From positions 172,057,741 to 172,121,740 of the forward strand of contig CM041465.1 of assembly GCA_023213395.1 (NCBI GenBank): a stretch of DNA of 64,000 nt. The letters are read 5' to 3'. This DNA comes from Cycas panzhihuaensis (lineage: Eukaryota; Plantae; Cycadophyta). Of the stretch, positions 51,301-64,000 are shown piece by piece; within the stretch, counting starts at the first letter, position 1, and the number at the start of each line of letters is the position of its first letter. Made by a program: the position numbers and the translations under genes. Below the pieces are notes generated by a model, which saw nothing but the letters and a program-made list of their open reading frames with translations, was not told the DNA's origin and did not search any database.

Positions 51301-52546
51301 ATCTTACCAAAAATGACATATTAAGTACTTCTCTCCTTTACTAAGCTTGCTAGGATTCTTTTAAGCCTCCATTCTATTTTTTTGGCACTAGAGGACGACT
51401 CACAAGGTTATCTTTGTCCAAAAATGAAAATACCCTACCTCCACCAAAAGGTGAAGGCAATTTTGTTTGTGTCAAATTCTAAAGATGCCTTGCCTTCACC
51501 AAAATATGAAGGTAATTTGCCTTCATCCAAAGGTAAAAGTGGTTGTTGCACAAAAGTTTCTCCTTCATTTTCAACTATGGGTGTGGTTTTGGATGTTATT
51601 TTCATGTATGTACAAGTCTAAACTTTGTCTACTATCCCAAATGAGTTTGCACTACCCCACAATGTGTAATTTTTCTTAATTGAACTCGCATAGTAGAATC
51701 ACTTTGCTCTACTATAATTTATGGCTATTGTTAATCTATTGAATTTTCTTGCTCATTACATGCAAATTATTGGCCTTTTGGTCTAACCCCACTTGGGTTT
51801 AAGATCACTTGCATTAGCAAAGTGAGTTGGGAAAGTGAAATAGGGTGGGAAGGAGTACTATTCTTATTTGTGCTAGTTAACAATGCATATTATCTTCATA
51901 TTTGATAATTTGTCTGTGTATGAGAATCATATCCGTTATGTGATATAAATGAAAATTTCTAAAACTAAGAGGTTGGAAAGTATGGGCTAGTATATTAATG
52001 ATATTGTGGAATTACTAATTTAAATATAAAAATAAAATACAAACAAATGATCAAGTTACTCTCTTATAATTCTGTGCCATCTCAACTACATCACCAATCA
52101 TCTACAAGTAGGATAAGCAATCAAGCAAGATAAAATAGTTTTATTTATGATGGCAAAACATGTCTCATAAGATGAATGCCTACAACCATTTAGCGCCATT
52201 TTGACTTAACAAGCATGGAAGCTCATTGGTGACACAGTCACAAGTTGAACCCTTAGTGGTGAGGTAAAAATTCTTATTCTATTATTTTATTATAAGATTC
52301 ATTTTTACATGTCAAATTAGATACGTAAAATAGTTACCTAACCTATCAGGTTACAACACCTTTTTCACCTACTTTCAATTCATCTTTTCTATTCATATTA
52401 ATTGTGCAAACTATCATGGTTAAGTCATAGCATCATTTTTGATATGTTGCCATCATCTTTTGTTAAAGGTAGGGATATCTCCACCTTTTATTAAAAGCAA
52501 CTCATCTTCATGAAAAGATGTACCCAATTATACTTGTATAAACACA
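48322..52546 (-). mobile_element. B' duplicate (pol, gag remnant, candidate LTR 52202-52546); integrase piece also at 40237-40724
   Basis: Paralogous to 30843-35035. Confidence 0.85.
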
Positions 52547-54769
52547 TTGCCCCCTTTGTGAGGCATTCATTTTACACTATAAATCATCATGGTTTCCATC
52601 ACATGTAATCGAGCAAATGTATTCACAAAAATACACAAGAAATCACATAAAACTTCTTTAGATGCAACTACATAAATCAACTAATCATAGATCACATAAG
52701 TTCTATCAAACATTGCTAAAGAAAACATTTATAACTGCATGTATACCATAGAAGGGATCTCATTAAATAGATTAATTACATCAAAAATAATTTAGACATG
52801 TCCTATTGTACATATCAAAAAGGAAACTAAGAGTAGAAATTGACATAAAAGAGGGTAGGGATGTGGCCTATTTTTGGTCCCATCATATATTTAAACCCAA
52901 TGGCGATATTATGACATTCTTTATGTTTATCTTTCTTACATATGACTTCTTAACTTTAAAAAATCCATTTACAGCTTTTAAGTGAGTATTTAAAGCTTAT
53001 CAATCTCATTTCATTAATGAGCGTGGACCAAATTTAAACTCTCTTTTTTTTTCAAGTAAATCTTACATTTATGTTCTTTATGATGTAAATGCTTTTCATG
53101 TTTCTCTTGCCTTATCTCCATTAACCATATTGGTTGGCAAGTAAAATTAAGCACATATTTTTCAAAGAGGACATGTACATTCTTGATTAAAACCATATTG
53201 GCTGGCAAGTAAAATTAAGCACATACTTTCCAAAGAGAACATGTACATCCTTGATTATTCAAACAATATACCATAAGATTTCAAACTAAATTCTAGATGA
53301 TTCAAGAAAGTTACGGGATATTATTACCCATATCCTTAGTTTCCCTTTCTAAAACTTTCATGTTCAATGTGCTTCTCAATGATGTTGATAACTTTATATC
53401 TATCTTTATGTGCCTTTATTTTGTAAATTACTATATTACAATGGCTCTAGGAATATTATAGATTAAATTATACTTATCATGCTTTCTCCAATCATAACAT
53501 CCTAATTTACATTAATAACATTAGTAATGCATACTATCCTTTTACTACAGATTTATGATATTTGAAGGGTCTTAATTTGGCCCCTTCAAATGTATGCCTA
53601 TATATCTATCTATCTATCGATATGTATGTATGTATGTAGGTGTTTTCTTTAATCTAAATTATTTGTTTGTTTGCTTTTGTCCTTGGTGAGGGTCTTAATA
53701 GAATTGTATTTTTCTACTTGTGTCCAAGATTCACAATGGTCCTGAAAAGTTTGTTCTTATTTCTCTCAAGACTCTCCTATTGATTTTGTAAGAGGGACCA
53801 TAAAGACATCTGTTTCTTGCTTGAAGTGTTTTAAATCCAAAACTTTCATTTGGGATATTTAATCTTGTAGGTCCATTATCAATGTTTGTTGATAATTAAT
53901 AAAGCTCATAATGGCTAAGCTAGGTTCAACATGGTTCTACCCTATAAATAGATGGGCTTGTGCATAGATTGGGATAACAAATTATCTTTAAAAGGGATCT
54001 CTTTTTGAAGCTAAGTCCTTATAAATGCCCCTTTCTTTTATGTGAGATTCTAGTTGGGGCCTTAGTGGGCATTTTTTAGTGAATGCCCCAATGGGTCTCT
54101 CTCTTCCACTCCCTTCCCCTCCCCAATCTTTAAATACAATGCAACATTCTTAGTTCCCCTTGACTTGATACCGTTATTATGGATCCCATCCCCTATACCC
54201 TATAACACACAATAGTAACCTAATTAGGGGAGTTGCATTAAGAAAGTTAAAAAAGAAGATAAGATTCATATTTAGGTTTGGGACAAGAAGTCATAATTTG
54301 ACATTAAACTCACCATTAAGCCTTCGTATATGTAATACCCTATCATACAACTAAAATTGTCACCACTTCATAGTGTGTCATGTCTACCTTTTATAATGCC
54401 CATCTCTATGGTGACACTTTCACATACTAAAATACAGGAACAATATATAAGTCTTATTATTTAACACTGGACCATCTCCCTATGAAAGTAGTGTCCTTGG
54501 GTGCTTAGAATTTACTCTTTACATATGTTTATAAGGGGCACACATTTTCAAACAAAGAGGGGGCACCATTGATTTTCTTTGGCCTCTAAGTGGTATTTTA
54601 TGAAGGTAAAATTTAATTGCTTAAAATCACCTTTTGGCAAGTATTTAATTATGAAGATTAAAATTCCCTTAAGGGTGTTTTAGCCTTATAATCCATCCCT
54701 ATAGACAAGACAACACCAACCCATCTATCTGGATTGTATCAATTTATTCCAATAAACTTTTCCTCTATG

Positions 54770-55002
54770 GAACCACAAATTGAGAGGAAAACAAACATGC
54801 ATCCTTGTGCACAAGCCATCATAGTTAGTGATTTCTCATTCCACTCCTTTTTGGCTCTTTATACATCTTTGTACATGAGATCATATACATCCCTATGCAC
54901 ATGATCATTCTCCATTTCAAACATCCTAATGTAGGAGACCACATGCATTCTTGTGCATATGAATTATTGTACCCTCTTATATCCTTGTGCAAGTGGCCAT
55001 AT
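54770..55002. repeat. Degenerate CATGCAT(C/T)CTTGTGCA repeat tract, continuing at 60780-60855 across element E
   Basis: Motif at ~54796, 54941, 60780 and 60834. Confidence 0.5.
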
Positions 55003-58000
55003 TGTTGTGTTCCAGATAACCCCCCTTTTGGGGCCTGTCAACTGACTTAAACCCCCCAAAAATGAGCGCAGGAATGGGAGTATTAGCTGACCTGTAAGCT
55101 TGTCCTCTGGTTGACTTCATTCATAGTTCACTTCTAATGAATTGTCCCAGTTTTAGCTGACTTCAATCTGGATAATAATTAACCATTATATATAGGAATC
55201 AAATCCCTCATTGTAATATTGTTTTCGGTTGGATCTCTTCCATATTTTCGACTTTAGGGCTACAGTTGGCTTAGCATTTTGGTCTGAGATATTTGGAGGA
55301 TTCCCGCCCCAAATGGACAAGCATTCAGTAAGGACATTTTGTTGTATATTTTTGTACTTTCCAGTATTACATTCAGACAATATATTTACCTTTTATTTGT
55401 ATTATTTCTATTGCCTTACTTCGACGTTTATGATGTATTTCTAATATTTATTTTTATTTGAGATTGATGAGATCTGTTTGAACATATTATATCAATATTT
55501 ATGAATCTCTCTATTATTTCTGAAATAAGATAAAAGCTTCCACTACAAGTGGTATTAAAGCTTCGTTAAAGCTATCCTATGGAAGAGTGCCTTTTGAAAT
55601 TATAGTCAATTTTTTTCTTGAGAGGATCAAGACAGTACACTCACATTCATAGCAGTCAGTCCTACAAGGAAGGAGGTGTCATTTTGGTGAGAAGGAAGTG
55701 AAATTTTTTTCCACCCTCCTATTCATGGATGTTTGAGAAAAACACAAACAGAGTTATACTTTAAGATTATACAACAAAAGAAGATGTCTATCGCCCAAGG
55801 CCAATCCAATCAGGATCAAACTGTATCGGATGAAGTAGGAAAGGAAATCCTAACTTCTTTAAAAAGTCTTACAACCCTCATGGACAAAATTAACTCAAGC
55901 TAGATGGAGCACAAGAAGAACTGATATGGACCAAACAAGAAAAATAAGGTGAAAACCTGGATCCTTAAGGTAAAATAGAACAAGGAAGATGTAGAATAGG
56001 AGGAGAATCTCAAAGAATCTCAAGAGTAACGATGGAGCAACAATGGTAAAGATCACCTTGGAAAAGTTTGATCCTAATAAATCAAGAGATATAAAGGGAT
56101 GGATTTTATAGATGGAGACCTATTTCTCCGTCTATGCGATACCAGAAAATGAGCAAGTATCCTTGGCACACTACATTTATACGATCGAGTCTTGAAATGG
56201 TATTCGTGATGGCTTCGAACAAGTGGGAAACAAATAGAAAATTGGCACAATATGAAGCATGGGTTTATAACCTAATATGAAGATTCATGGAGTACAGACT
56301 ATTTAACTCGATTGATAAGATTATAGCAAATAAGCTCAGTCTAGGAATTTGTCGAACAGTTTCAAATGTTACAATGTCTGATTCCATTAAAAGTGCCTGC
56401 ATAACTCCTTCTGGAAACGTACATTAGCATATTGAAATCTCTAATAAGATATCGTCTAAAAGCAATGGAGGTACCAACATTGGATTCAACAATCAAGACA
56501 GTAAGATGCATGGAAGCAAAACTGTTGGAGATTAGAGCTACTTTCACACGCAGAATGAAAAGATCGCAAGGATTTAAACCAAATTAGAACATGTCAGGAA
56601 CCAAAGCCAAGGCTCCATTAGCGATTAAAAATAATCAAGAGACGACGACAAAGGATAAACATTTGAAGAAATGAACTTGTTTCAAATGTGGTTTGAAGTG
56701 GAGTTGCAAACATCAATGCATTGGGTAAAAGGTATACATGATCGATATCGAAGATACGACAATATCGAAGTAAGAAGAAGCACCCAAAGAAATTCATAAG
56801 AAAATCAAAGAAAACCTAAAAGAAGATGAAGTAGATGAACTATTAAAGTTAGATGCAAAAAACGTACACATTTCACTATAAACAATTACAGGACAAAATA
56901 TCACCTCATAAACACTCTGGTTCCAAGGGATGATTAAACGGGCCCCTGTTGTAATACTAGTTGATAGTCACAGTACACACAATTTTATAAATAAGGCAAC
57001 TGCAAAAAACTTGGTATTAAAATAGAACCAATAAACATATTCCAAGTATCAATCGCAAATGAAAAAAATAACACCGTGTGGAGGGTTTTACAGAAAAACC
57101 AATTTACAAATGGTAAAATATTCCACAAACACATGCATGTTCGCAATGCAAATCAATGGTGTGGACATAGTATTGGGAATTAATTGGCTTCAAACACTGG
57201 GCAATGTAGTCCTTAATTATATGACCAAATTTATGTGCTTTTGCCACGGAGGACATAAATACATATTACAGGAACCAGCAACGCCACCAGTACAATTGGT
57301 TTCATCACACTGAATGGAGAAGCTCTTCAAGAAAAACCCATCAACATACATTATGACATGCTATATGGTCAAAATTGAGGATATTCCATCAGAGGTTCAA
57401 TAAATTATAAAAGAGTACAAGACAATGTTCAACAAATTAAAAGGACTACCACCTCTTCGACAAAATCAACATGCAATTGATTGTACCAAGTGCATCACTT
57501 GTCAACATTCGACCCTATAGACATTTGTATTATTTACGGAAAGAAATCAAGAAAATCATAAGGTAGCTACTATACCAAGGAAGTATTACTACCAACATAA
57601 GCCCATTTACATCTCCAGTTGTTATTAGCCTAAAGAAGGATGACTCATATAGAATGTGTGTGGACTACCAAGGTCCCAATCAACTAAGAGTCAAGAATAG
57701 GTATCTGATCATACACATTGACGATTTGTTAGACAAAATCCATGGAGCAAAGTACTTCTCAAAAATTACCTTACGCTCAGGATGTCATCAAATCTGGGTA
57801 AGGGAAGAAGATGTATACAAGACAACGTTTAAAACACATAAGGCCTATTCGAATTCAGGGTAATGCCATTTAGATTAATGAACACTCTAACAACATTTCA
57901 GAGCACCATGAATAATATCTTCAGGCAAGTGTTATGAAATTTGTGTTAATTTTCTTTGATGATATCTTAATTTACAGTAGAACATGGGAAAAACATCTAG

Positions 58001-60779
58001 AATACCTGATAATCGTTTTTGAAATTCTGCGTAATAATCAATTCTTTGCCAACAAGAAGAAATGTTTATTTGCAAAGGAAGAACTAAAATACTTAGGCCA
58101 CATGGTGCCTAGAGAAGGCATAAGGATTGACCCAAAGAAGATATAAGTAATTGTCAATTGACCAACCCTAACAAATATTACAATAGTTCAAAGGTTCTTA
58201 GAGGTAGTAGGATCTGTTAGAAAATTCATATAGGGTTATGCACACCTAACAACTCCACTCATAGACTTAACTAAGAAGGACACATTTGCTTAGAACCTGA
58301 AAGTAGAAAAAGCATTCAGTGATGTCAAGAAAGCCATGGCAACAACTCTAGTTTTAACAGCCCCCAAATTTTCAAAATCGTTCGTACTGGAGTATGATAC
58401 ATTAGGGTTTGAAATAGGAGCAATCTTACTCTAAGATGAATGAACAATAGCTTATGAGAGTTGGAAGTTGAATAATCGAGAAAAACTCAAACTAATTTAT
58501 GATAAGGAGATGCTCGTAATCATACACGCTATCCAACAATGGCGATAATATCTATTGGAGAATTCATTTAAGGTGCACACAAATCATGATAGTCTAAAAT
58601 ACTTCCTCAGACAGAAGACACTATTCGATGAATAACAAAAATGGGTTAGTAAGTTGCAGAATTTTGACTTCATGGTAGTATATAAGAAATGCAAGAAGAA
58701 TATTTTAGCAAACATATTATCACGAATTCCAGATGAAATAAAGGAAGGTCCTTCATTGCAGTTGATCTCAACAATTACACCCCCATGGTTAAAATCCCTC
58801 AGAACTGAATATATTGTAGATCCAAGATACCAAAAACTCTTAGATAACATCAACAGAAGTAATTTAGATAAATACCAGTAAAAGGGTGATTTGATTCTTA
58901 AGAACGACAAAATTTGTATTCCAAAAGATTCTAAATTAAAAGGAATTATACTACAAGAAACACATTCGATTCCAAAAGCAAGCCATATTGGTATAGACAA
59001 AACAAATTAGAAGATAAAAGCATCATACTTTTAGAAAGGCATGAAATCAGACATCCAAAAATTCATGACAGAATGTGATACTTGTCAACGGAACAAGGTA
59101 GAATGTGTAAAGACACCGGGTTTGCTATAACCCCTACCAAATCCTAACCAAAAGTGAGAAGAAATTTCAATGGATTTTATTACAGGTCTCCCAAAATTAA
59201 AAGGTAAAGATGTTATCTTTGTCACGATCGATAGATTAATAAAATATAGTAATTTTCGATGGTTATAGTCAACAACAAAGACAAATGACATTGTAAAACT
59301 ATATGTGAAAGAAATTCGTAGATTACAAGGGTTTTCTAAAACTATTATGAGCAATAGGGACCCAAAGTTCACTAGTAAATTTTGGAATGACTAATTCAGA
59401 ATTACAGGTATGAAATTGCACATGAGCACAACTTATTATTCTTAAATGGATGGACAAATAGAGATAGTCAACAAATGTTTGGAAGGCTATTTGAAGAATT
59501 TTTGCTTGGATAAACAAAATTAGTGGCACAAGTGGCTGCACTTAGTTGAGTGGTGGTATAATACAACATACCATTCTTCCACCAAGATGACACCATTCCA
59601 GGTTCTTTATGGATACCAACCGCCATCTCTATTGACATGGAATGGATCGTCCCAAGTTCAGGTTATCCAAGAACACCAAAAGCAGATGGAAGACACGATT
59701 AGAATTCTTAAGGATAATTTGGCAATGGCAAGGAATAGAATAAAGTAACAAGTAGATGTACAATGATCTGAAAAGAGTTTCCAGAAGGACGACTGGGTTT
59801 TCCTCTATTTATAACCATACAAACAGAGATCAATGAACAAGACGAATATATAAAAGCTTGCTCCTCGATATTTTGGACCATATCAAATACTAGACAGAAT
59901 CAGGGAAGTAGCCTACAAACTTAAGTTATCGACAACAAGTAAGATCCATGACACTTTTCATGTTTTATGCCTGAAGAAAAAGATCGACGACAAGGTAGTA
60001 CCACAGATATCCTTATTAGAATTTATGAAGAAGGAAAGATTACACTAGAACCAGAGGGGATACTCCAAACTCGCACTAAGCAACTTCGAACAAGACAAAT
60101 TATAGAGTACCTCATAAAGTGGTGGATATTGAATACGGAAGACGCGACATAGGAGTTAGATGAGTAGATACAACAATTTCCAAAACTACTGATACTTTGA
60201 GGGCAAAACATGCTTTCAAGGGAGGGGGACTTGTGCATTCTAGATAGCCCCTCTCTTTTGGGACCTCTCAATTGACTTAATCCCTTAGAAATGAGCGCAG
60301 AAACGTGAGTATTAGCTGACCTGTAAGCCTGTCTTCTAGACGACTTCATTCATGGTTCACTTCCAGTGAACTGTCCTAGTTTTAGCCAACTTTAAGCTAG
60401 ATAATAATTGACCATTATATACAGGGATCAAAGCCCCCATTCTAATATCATTTTTCATTAGATCTCTTCTATATTTTTGACTTTAGGGCTGCAATTAACT
60501 CAGCTTTTTGGTTTGAGATATTTAAAAGATTCCTGCTTCGAAGCGCCAAGCATTCAATAAGGACATTATGTTATATATTTTTGCACTTTCTAGTATTATC
60601 TTTGGGCAATATATTTACCTTTTATTTGTACTATTTCCATTGCCTTGCTTCGGTGTTTATGGTGTATTTTTAATATTCATTTTTATTTGAGATTGATAAG
60701 ATCTGTTTGAGCATATATTAGATCAATATCTGCGAATCTCTAATGTTATTTCTAAAATAAGATAAAAGCTTCCACTACA
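55003..60779 (+). mobile_element. Element E: full-length decayed chromovirus (Reina-like) Ty3/gypsy
   Basis: LTRs 55003-55547 and 60232-60779, both ending CCACTACA; decayed iMet PBS TGGTATTAAAGC 55550-55561; PPT AAGGGAGGGGGA 60218-60229; degenerate TSD CATAT/CATGC. Confidence 0.92.
55784..60230 (+). pseudogene. Element E gag-pol with chromodomain
   Basis: Protease LVDSHSTHNF; RT MCVDY..FFDDILIYS; integrase ISMDFITGLP; FGPYQILDRI.EVAYKL; chromodomain EYLIKW..EDAT*E. Confidence 0.92.
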
Positions 60780-61700
60780 CATGCATCTTTGTCCATATGA
60801 TTAACACTCTTATACATCCATCTGCATAGGACTACATACATTCATGTGCATGCGAGTAATTAAGTTTATATGCCATGGTTTCGGTTTTAAGTTTCTGAGT
60901 TGGTGTTAGGGTTTTATTTCATGCCAACAACATTCAAATGCATCATAATAGAATATAATGAATCATCTAGCAAATAAAACATGGCTAAATAAATTCTCAT
61001 AATCATTTTCATATGAAAATTATCATAAATTGAACAATAATTGAAACATCTTTTCATAGCTCATAACCAATTTATGCATAACATTTTTATGATCCATTCC
61101 CAAATGTTGAAAGTAAGTAGTAGTTCACTTATTATTGTAAAACATAAGAAGGGGATTGATTTATGGTTCAACCTTAAATGCTATAAATTTACCATAATAC
61201 ATTTTAATATTTGTGATGATCAGTAATCATTTTATTCACAAGTATGGAATTGGACAAAGAATATATTTTTCCATTTCAATCCTTGAGTACCATTTCTTTC
61301 ATTTTATGTGTACTTATAAAATTGCCTTTTAGTTAGGATTTTACCCAAAAATCGAAACTCTCAACCATGAAATGAAGTACATATTTAAATTTAGGTATTT
61401 TTACATTTACTTTATGTACCTCACTAATTATTTTCCTATTTTTATTTCCTCTACAAAAATTGCAACAAAATTGATCAAGTGGAGCCCATAACCACTCAGT
61501 ACAAAGGGCCATATAGATTTGTGTTCAAGTCCATATTGTCATTATAGTGATAAACTTGGCTATTTTAAGAAAATATACGTAGTTAGTGGGTAGTATGGAC
61601 TAATTGTCACCCTATGGCCAAAACACAATTTATACAATCTTATAAGGCCCATAAAGACCTATTGTAAATTTGCATAGATTTGTACACAACAATGAAATCA

Positions 61701-64000
61701 TGACAGGTTTATACAAACCCTAGTTGAGCCGTTGGTATTGCTATCACCATGTTCAAATTTTTCCATGGCCATGCTGTTTCCCGGCTTCCGGGAATGGATA
61801 CGGAATCACCAACTCAGGTAAGTGCAGGTATGTTTCTCGCATTGTCATCGCTTTCATTTGATGAGTGTTTGCTTGCATGTCTGCATGTGTGTGTGGCTTT
61901 GTGGGCGACTTTGTCGTCGTCCACACTTATTTTAGCCTATGACGACTATAGTAGGGGCGCACTCCCAACGAGCGTGGCACCCTGGTGGCCACTTAACTTC
62001 CCGCATCGGCTCTTCTCACCTTAAGATCCGCTAGGTTTGCGCCACCTCCGCCCGTGTGATGACCCGTCGTCGTTTGGTCAACTTGCCACCTTGGTCGAGC
62101 CCTATTTTTGCTCCTTTGGACCCGTTTGTCGGCTTGTTTGCCCCCGGGTAGGTGTTGTAGCCCCCCATTGGCATTTTTTGTCATCTGCCCTAGGCTGGCC
62201 GGGCTGTTGTTTCGCCTGGGTTCATCTGCGAATTTTCGCATCACGGAATATTCACTTGCATCGGAATATTCGCGATGCCATGAGATTTGAGCGGTTTCAT
62301 AATTTGTTTTTTTAAATCTGCCGTGGCAATTTTGCATTTATTGTGAAATTGCCATGTGGCTCGCAACTTAACTCTCTTCCAGCCGCGCCCTAATCGCTCG
62401 CTTTAGGGTTTGGTCTAAGTACTTAAGCCATTTTTGACTCATTTTTGGGGATTCTTTTGCTCACTTTTGGATTTGCTCTCAAGGAAACAACATTCTCTAC
62501 CGCTTCTTCCTGCTGCTTTCATTCTTGGACCTGCGTCCCTCCACCAGCGCTCTGCTCTCCTTTGGTGTGGCTTGGACATTCTCCCAGCCCCTCATGCACC
62601 TTGGAGAGGGCCCCTTGGAGTGGCTCCAGTAGATCTTTGCCCAGGCAGGCCACAAGTGCTTCAAGTGCAGGAGTTTCCCTTCCAACCTCCTTAGCAGGGT
62701 CTCAAACCTGCTCTACTTCAGATCTGGGCTGATTTCCCAGCCCCTCTTTGCTGCTTTTTGGCCGAGGCAAGTCCCTTGCCTCCCTCACTCAGGTACTTCT
62801 GGTTTTGCATGGTTTTTCTTGTGATATTCATGCTCTATTTTGCTTGCTCCTTGCTTACTTATGTGAGTTTAGTTCTTTCCCTTTTAGTGGGCTGTCTTGC
62901 CACTGTTTTGAGCCTCTTGCCTGCATTTGTTGTTCAAGGCAGCAGCGTTGAGGGTTGGCATAGGCTTTGGATAGGAGCTGGGTGGATTCCGTACCACCTT
63001 CCACGCTCCCTAAGCGGCTCTAAGCCCTCCAAAGCCTCCCTCTCGCTCCGTGTTGCCCTTGGCATGCAAGCTAGGGTCTGTAGGCCCTCTTTTGGCCGCC
63101 CAAACTAGCGCTGTCACAAGTTGCAACGCTGATTTGGGGACCTTTGTCCAGGTTTGGGTAGCACTCATAACTCCCAACCGCTAGTTTTTGCCTAACTTTC
63201 TTCCCGACTGCCCGGCTTGCTCCTCATAGCACCCCGGTCTACCGTAGGTTTTCCTTGGCACCTCTTTGCCTCTTGGTTGCCGTTTCCAGCCCTTGCTCTC
63301 CGCCTTGCCCTCGCTGCCTCGTGGCTCTTGAGGGGTGGTTAGGGCATCATTTGCGGGAGGTGGGCCACTCTGAGGCTCACCGGTCATTCACTTTCACTTG
63401 GGTCGCTCTCTTTTATGTACTTTCCTTGTTGGATTGATACTAACGCATGAGTATTTAGATTCACATTTACATTGTTTGGACATATATCGTTAGAATCTTG
63501 TATTGCATGTTGGTATCCTTCCTCCGGGAAGGGAGAGTTTGCCTTGCTTGCAAGTATTTGGGGAATGTGGAGGATATCGTCCGTTAGTCCCGTTGCCGGT
63601 AAGCTCCCTTGTATCCATTGTGCTTTCGCGCTCTCTTTTATTTATTAGCTTTCGTTTCCTTCCTTCCTTTGGCATCGCATTTGATTTTCCGGGGAAGGTA
63701 AGGAAGCCCCCTTTTATCCGCCGTAACGTCTCGCATTCAACGCGCTGGGTGGAGTAGCTTGGTGCCCTTCGAGGAGGTCTTCATCGCGCACACCCTCGGT
63801 CCAAGTGCACATTCTACTCTTGCATCGCTACCGCTCTTATTTTCCTTTTTGATTTCTCTTTAGTAATTAGCACACTGAAGAGTAAAAGGTAAAAGTTAGT
63901 CTTGTGATTGGTTACGTTTTGTTGTTTCGTTACATGCATTCTTGCTATCCATAGGGAAGGTTATAGGAACTCCTCTCCTCCACCCTTCCTCTTCTCCTCT
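61701..64000 (+). mobile_element. Probable young, long LTR (GC/CpG-rich) running off the window
   Basis: Abrupt composition shift near TGACAGG at 61701; telo-box-like AAACCCTA/TTAGGGTTT; splice-donor-like CAGGTAAG; pyrimidine-rich U5-like tail; no coding motif. No PBS or partner LTR visible. Confidence 0.5.

Larger units (their letters stand above)
37290..54536 (+). repeat. Segmental tandem duplication, copy 2
   Basis: Begins GCTTTAGAAATTGTC (=19798) and ends GTTTATAAGG (=37290). Confidence 0.95.

Noticed and set aside
61749-63757. Many short ORFs on both strands as host genes
   Set aside because: Expected by chance in GC-richer DNA; no recognisable domains.

Overview
No intact host gene or RNA gene is recognisable in this AT-rich, CpG-depleted DNA, probably from a heavily methylated land-plant genome (species not determinable). 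It is a nest of decayed LTR retrotransposons plus a ~17.5-kb head-to-tail tandem duplication (19798-37289 / 37290-54536). Reconstructed nesting: an old minus-strand non-chromovirus Ty3/gypsy element B (~7914-35035) received a second gypsy element D (12375-~22748), a Ty1/copia element C (23237-30842, TSD CAAGG) and a gag-bearing copia-type element F (5414-7913). F's gag was in turn interrupted by a related gag-only element A (<1-5413, plus strand). To the right of the duplication lie a complete but decayed chromovirus E (55003-60779) and a GC/CpG-rich, probably young LTR-like sequence (from ~61701). Four signals stand out. (1) A 26-bp palindromic motif TTGCCTTCA-N8-TGAAGGCAA clusters at three distant sites of element B, which also has a tandemly duplicated accessory ORF; D has a parallel palindrome-cored 29-bp LTR array and a related accessory ORF. 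This suggests a candidate element-encoded protein plus cognate binding-site system. (2) Element A has tandem tRNA-Met primer-binding sites built into both LTRs. (3) A has an open truncated-Gag ORF behind a CpG-retaining island. (4) Divergence between the two duplicate copies is strongly uneven. All identities and counts are by-eye estimates; no searches were run.
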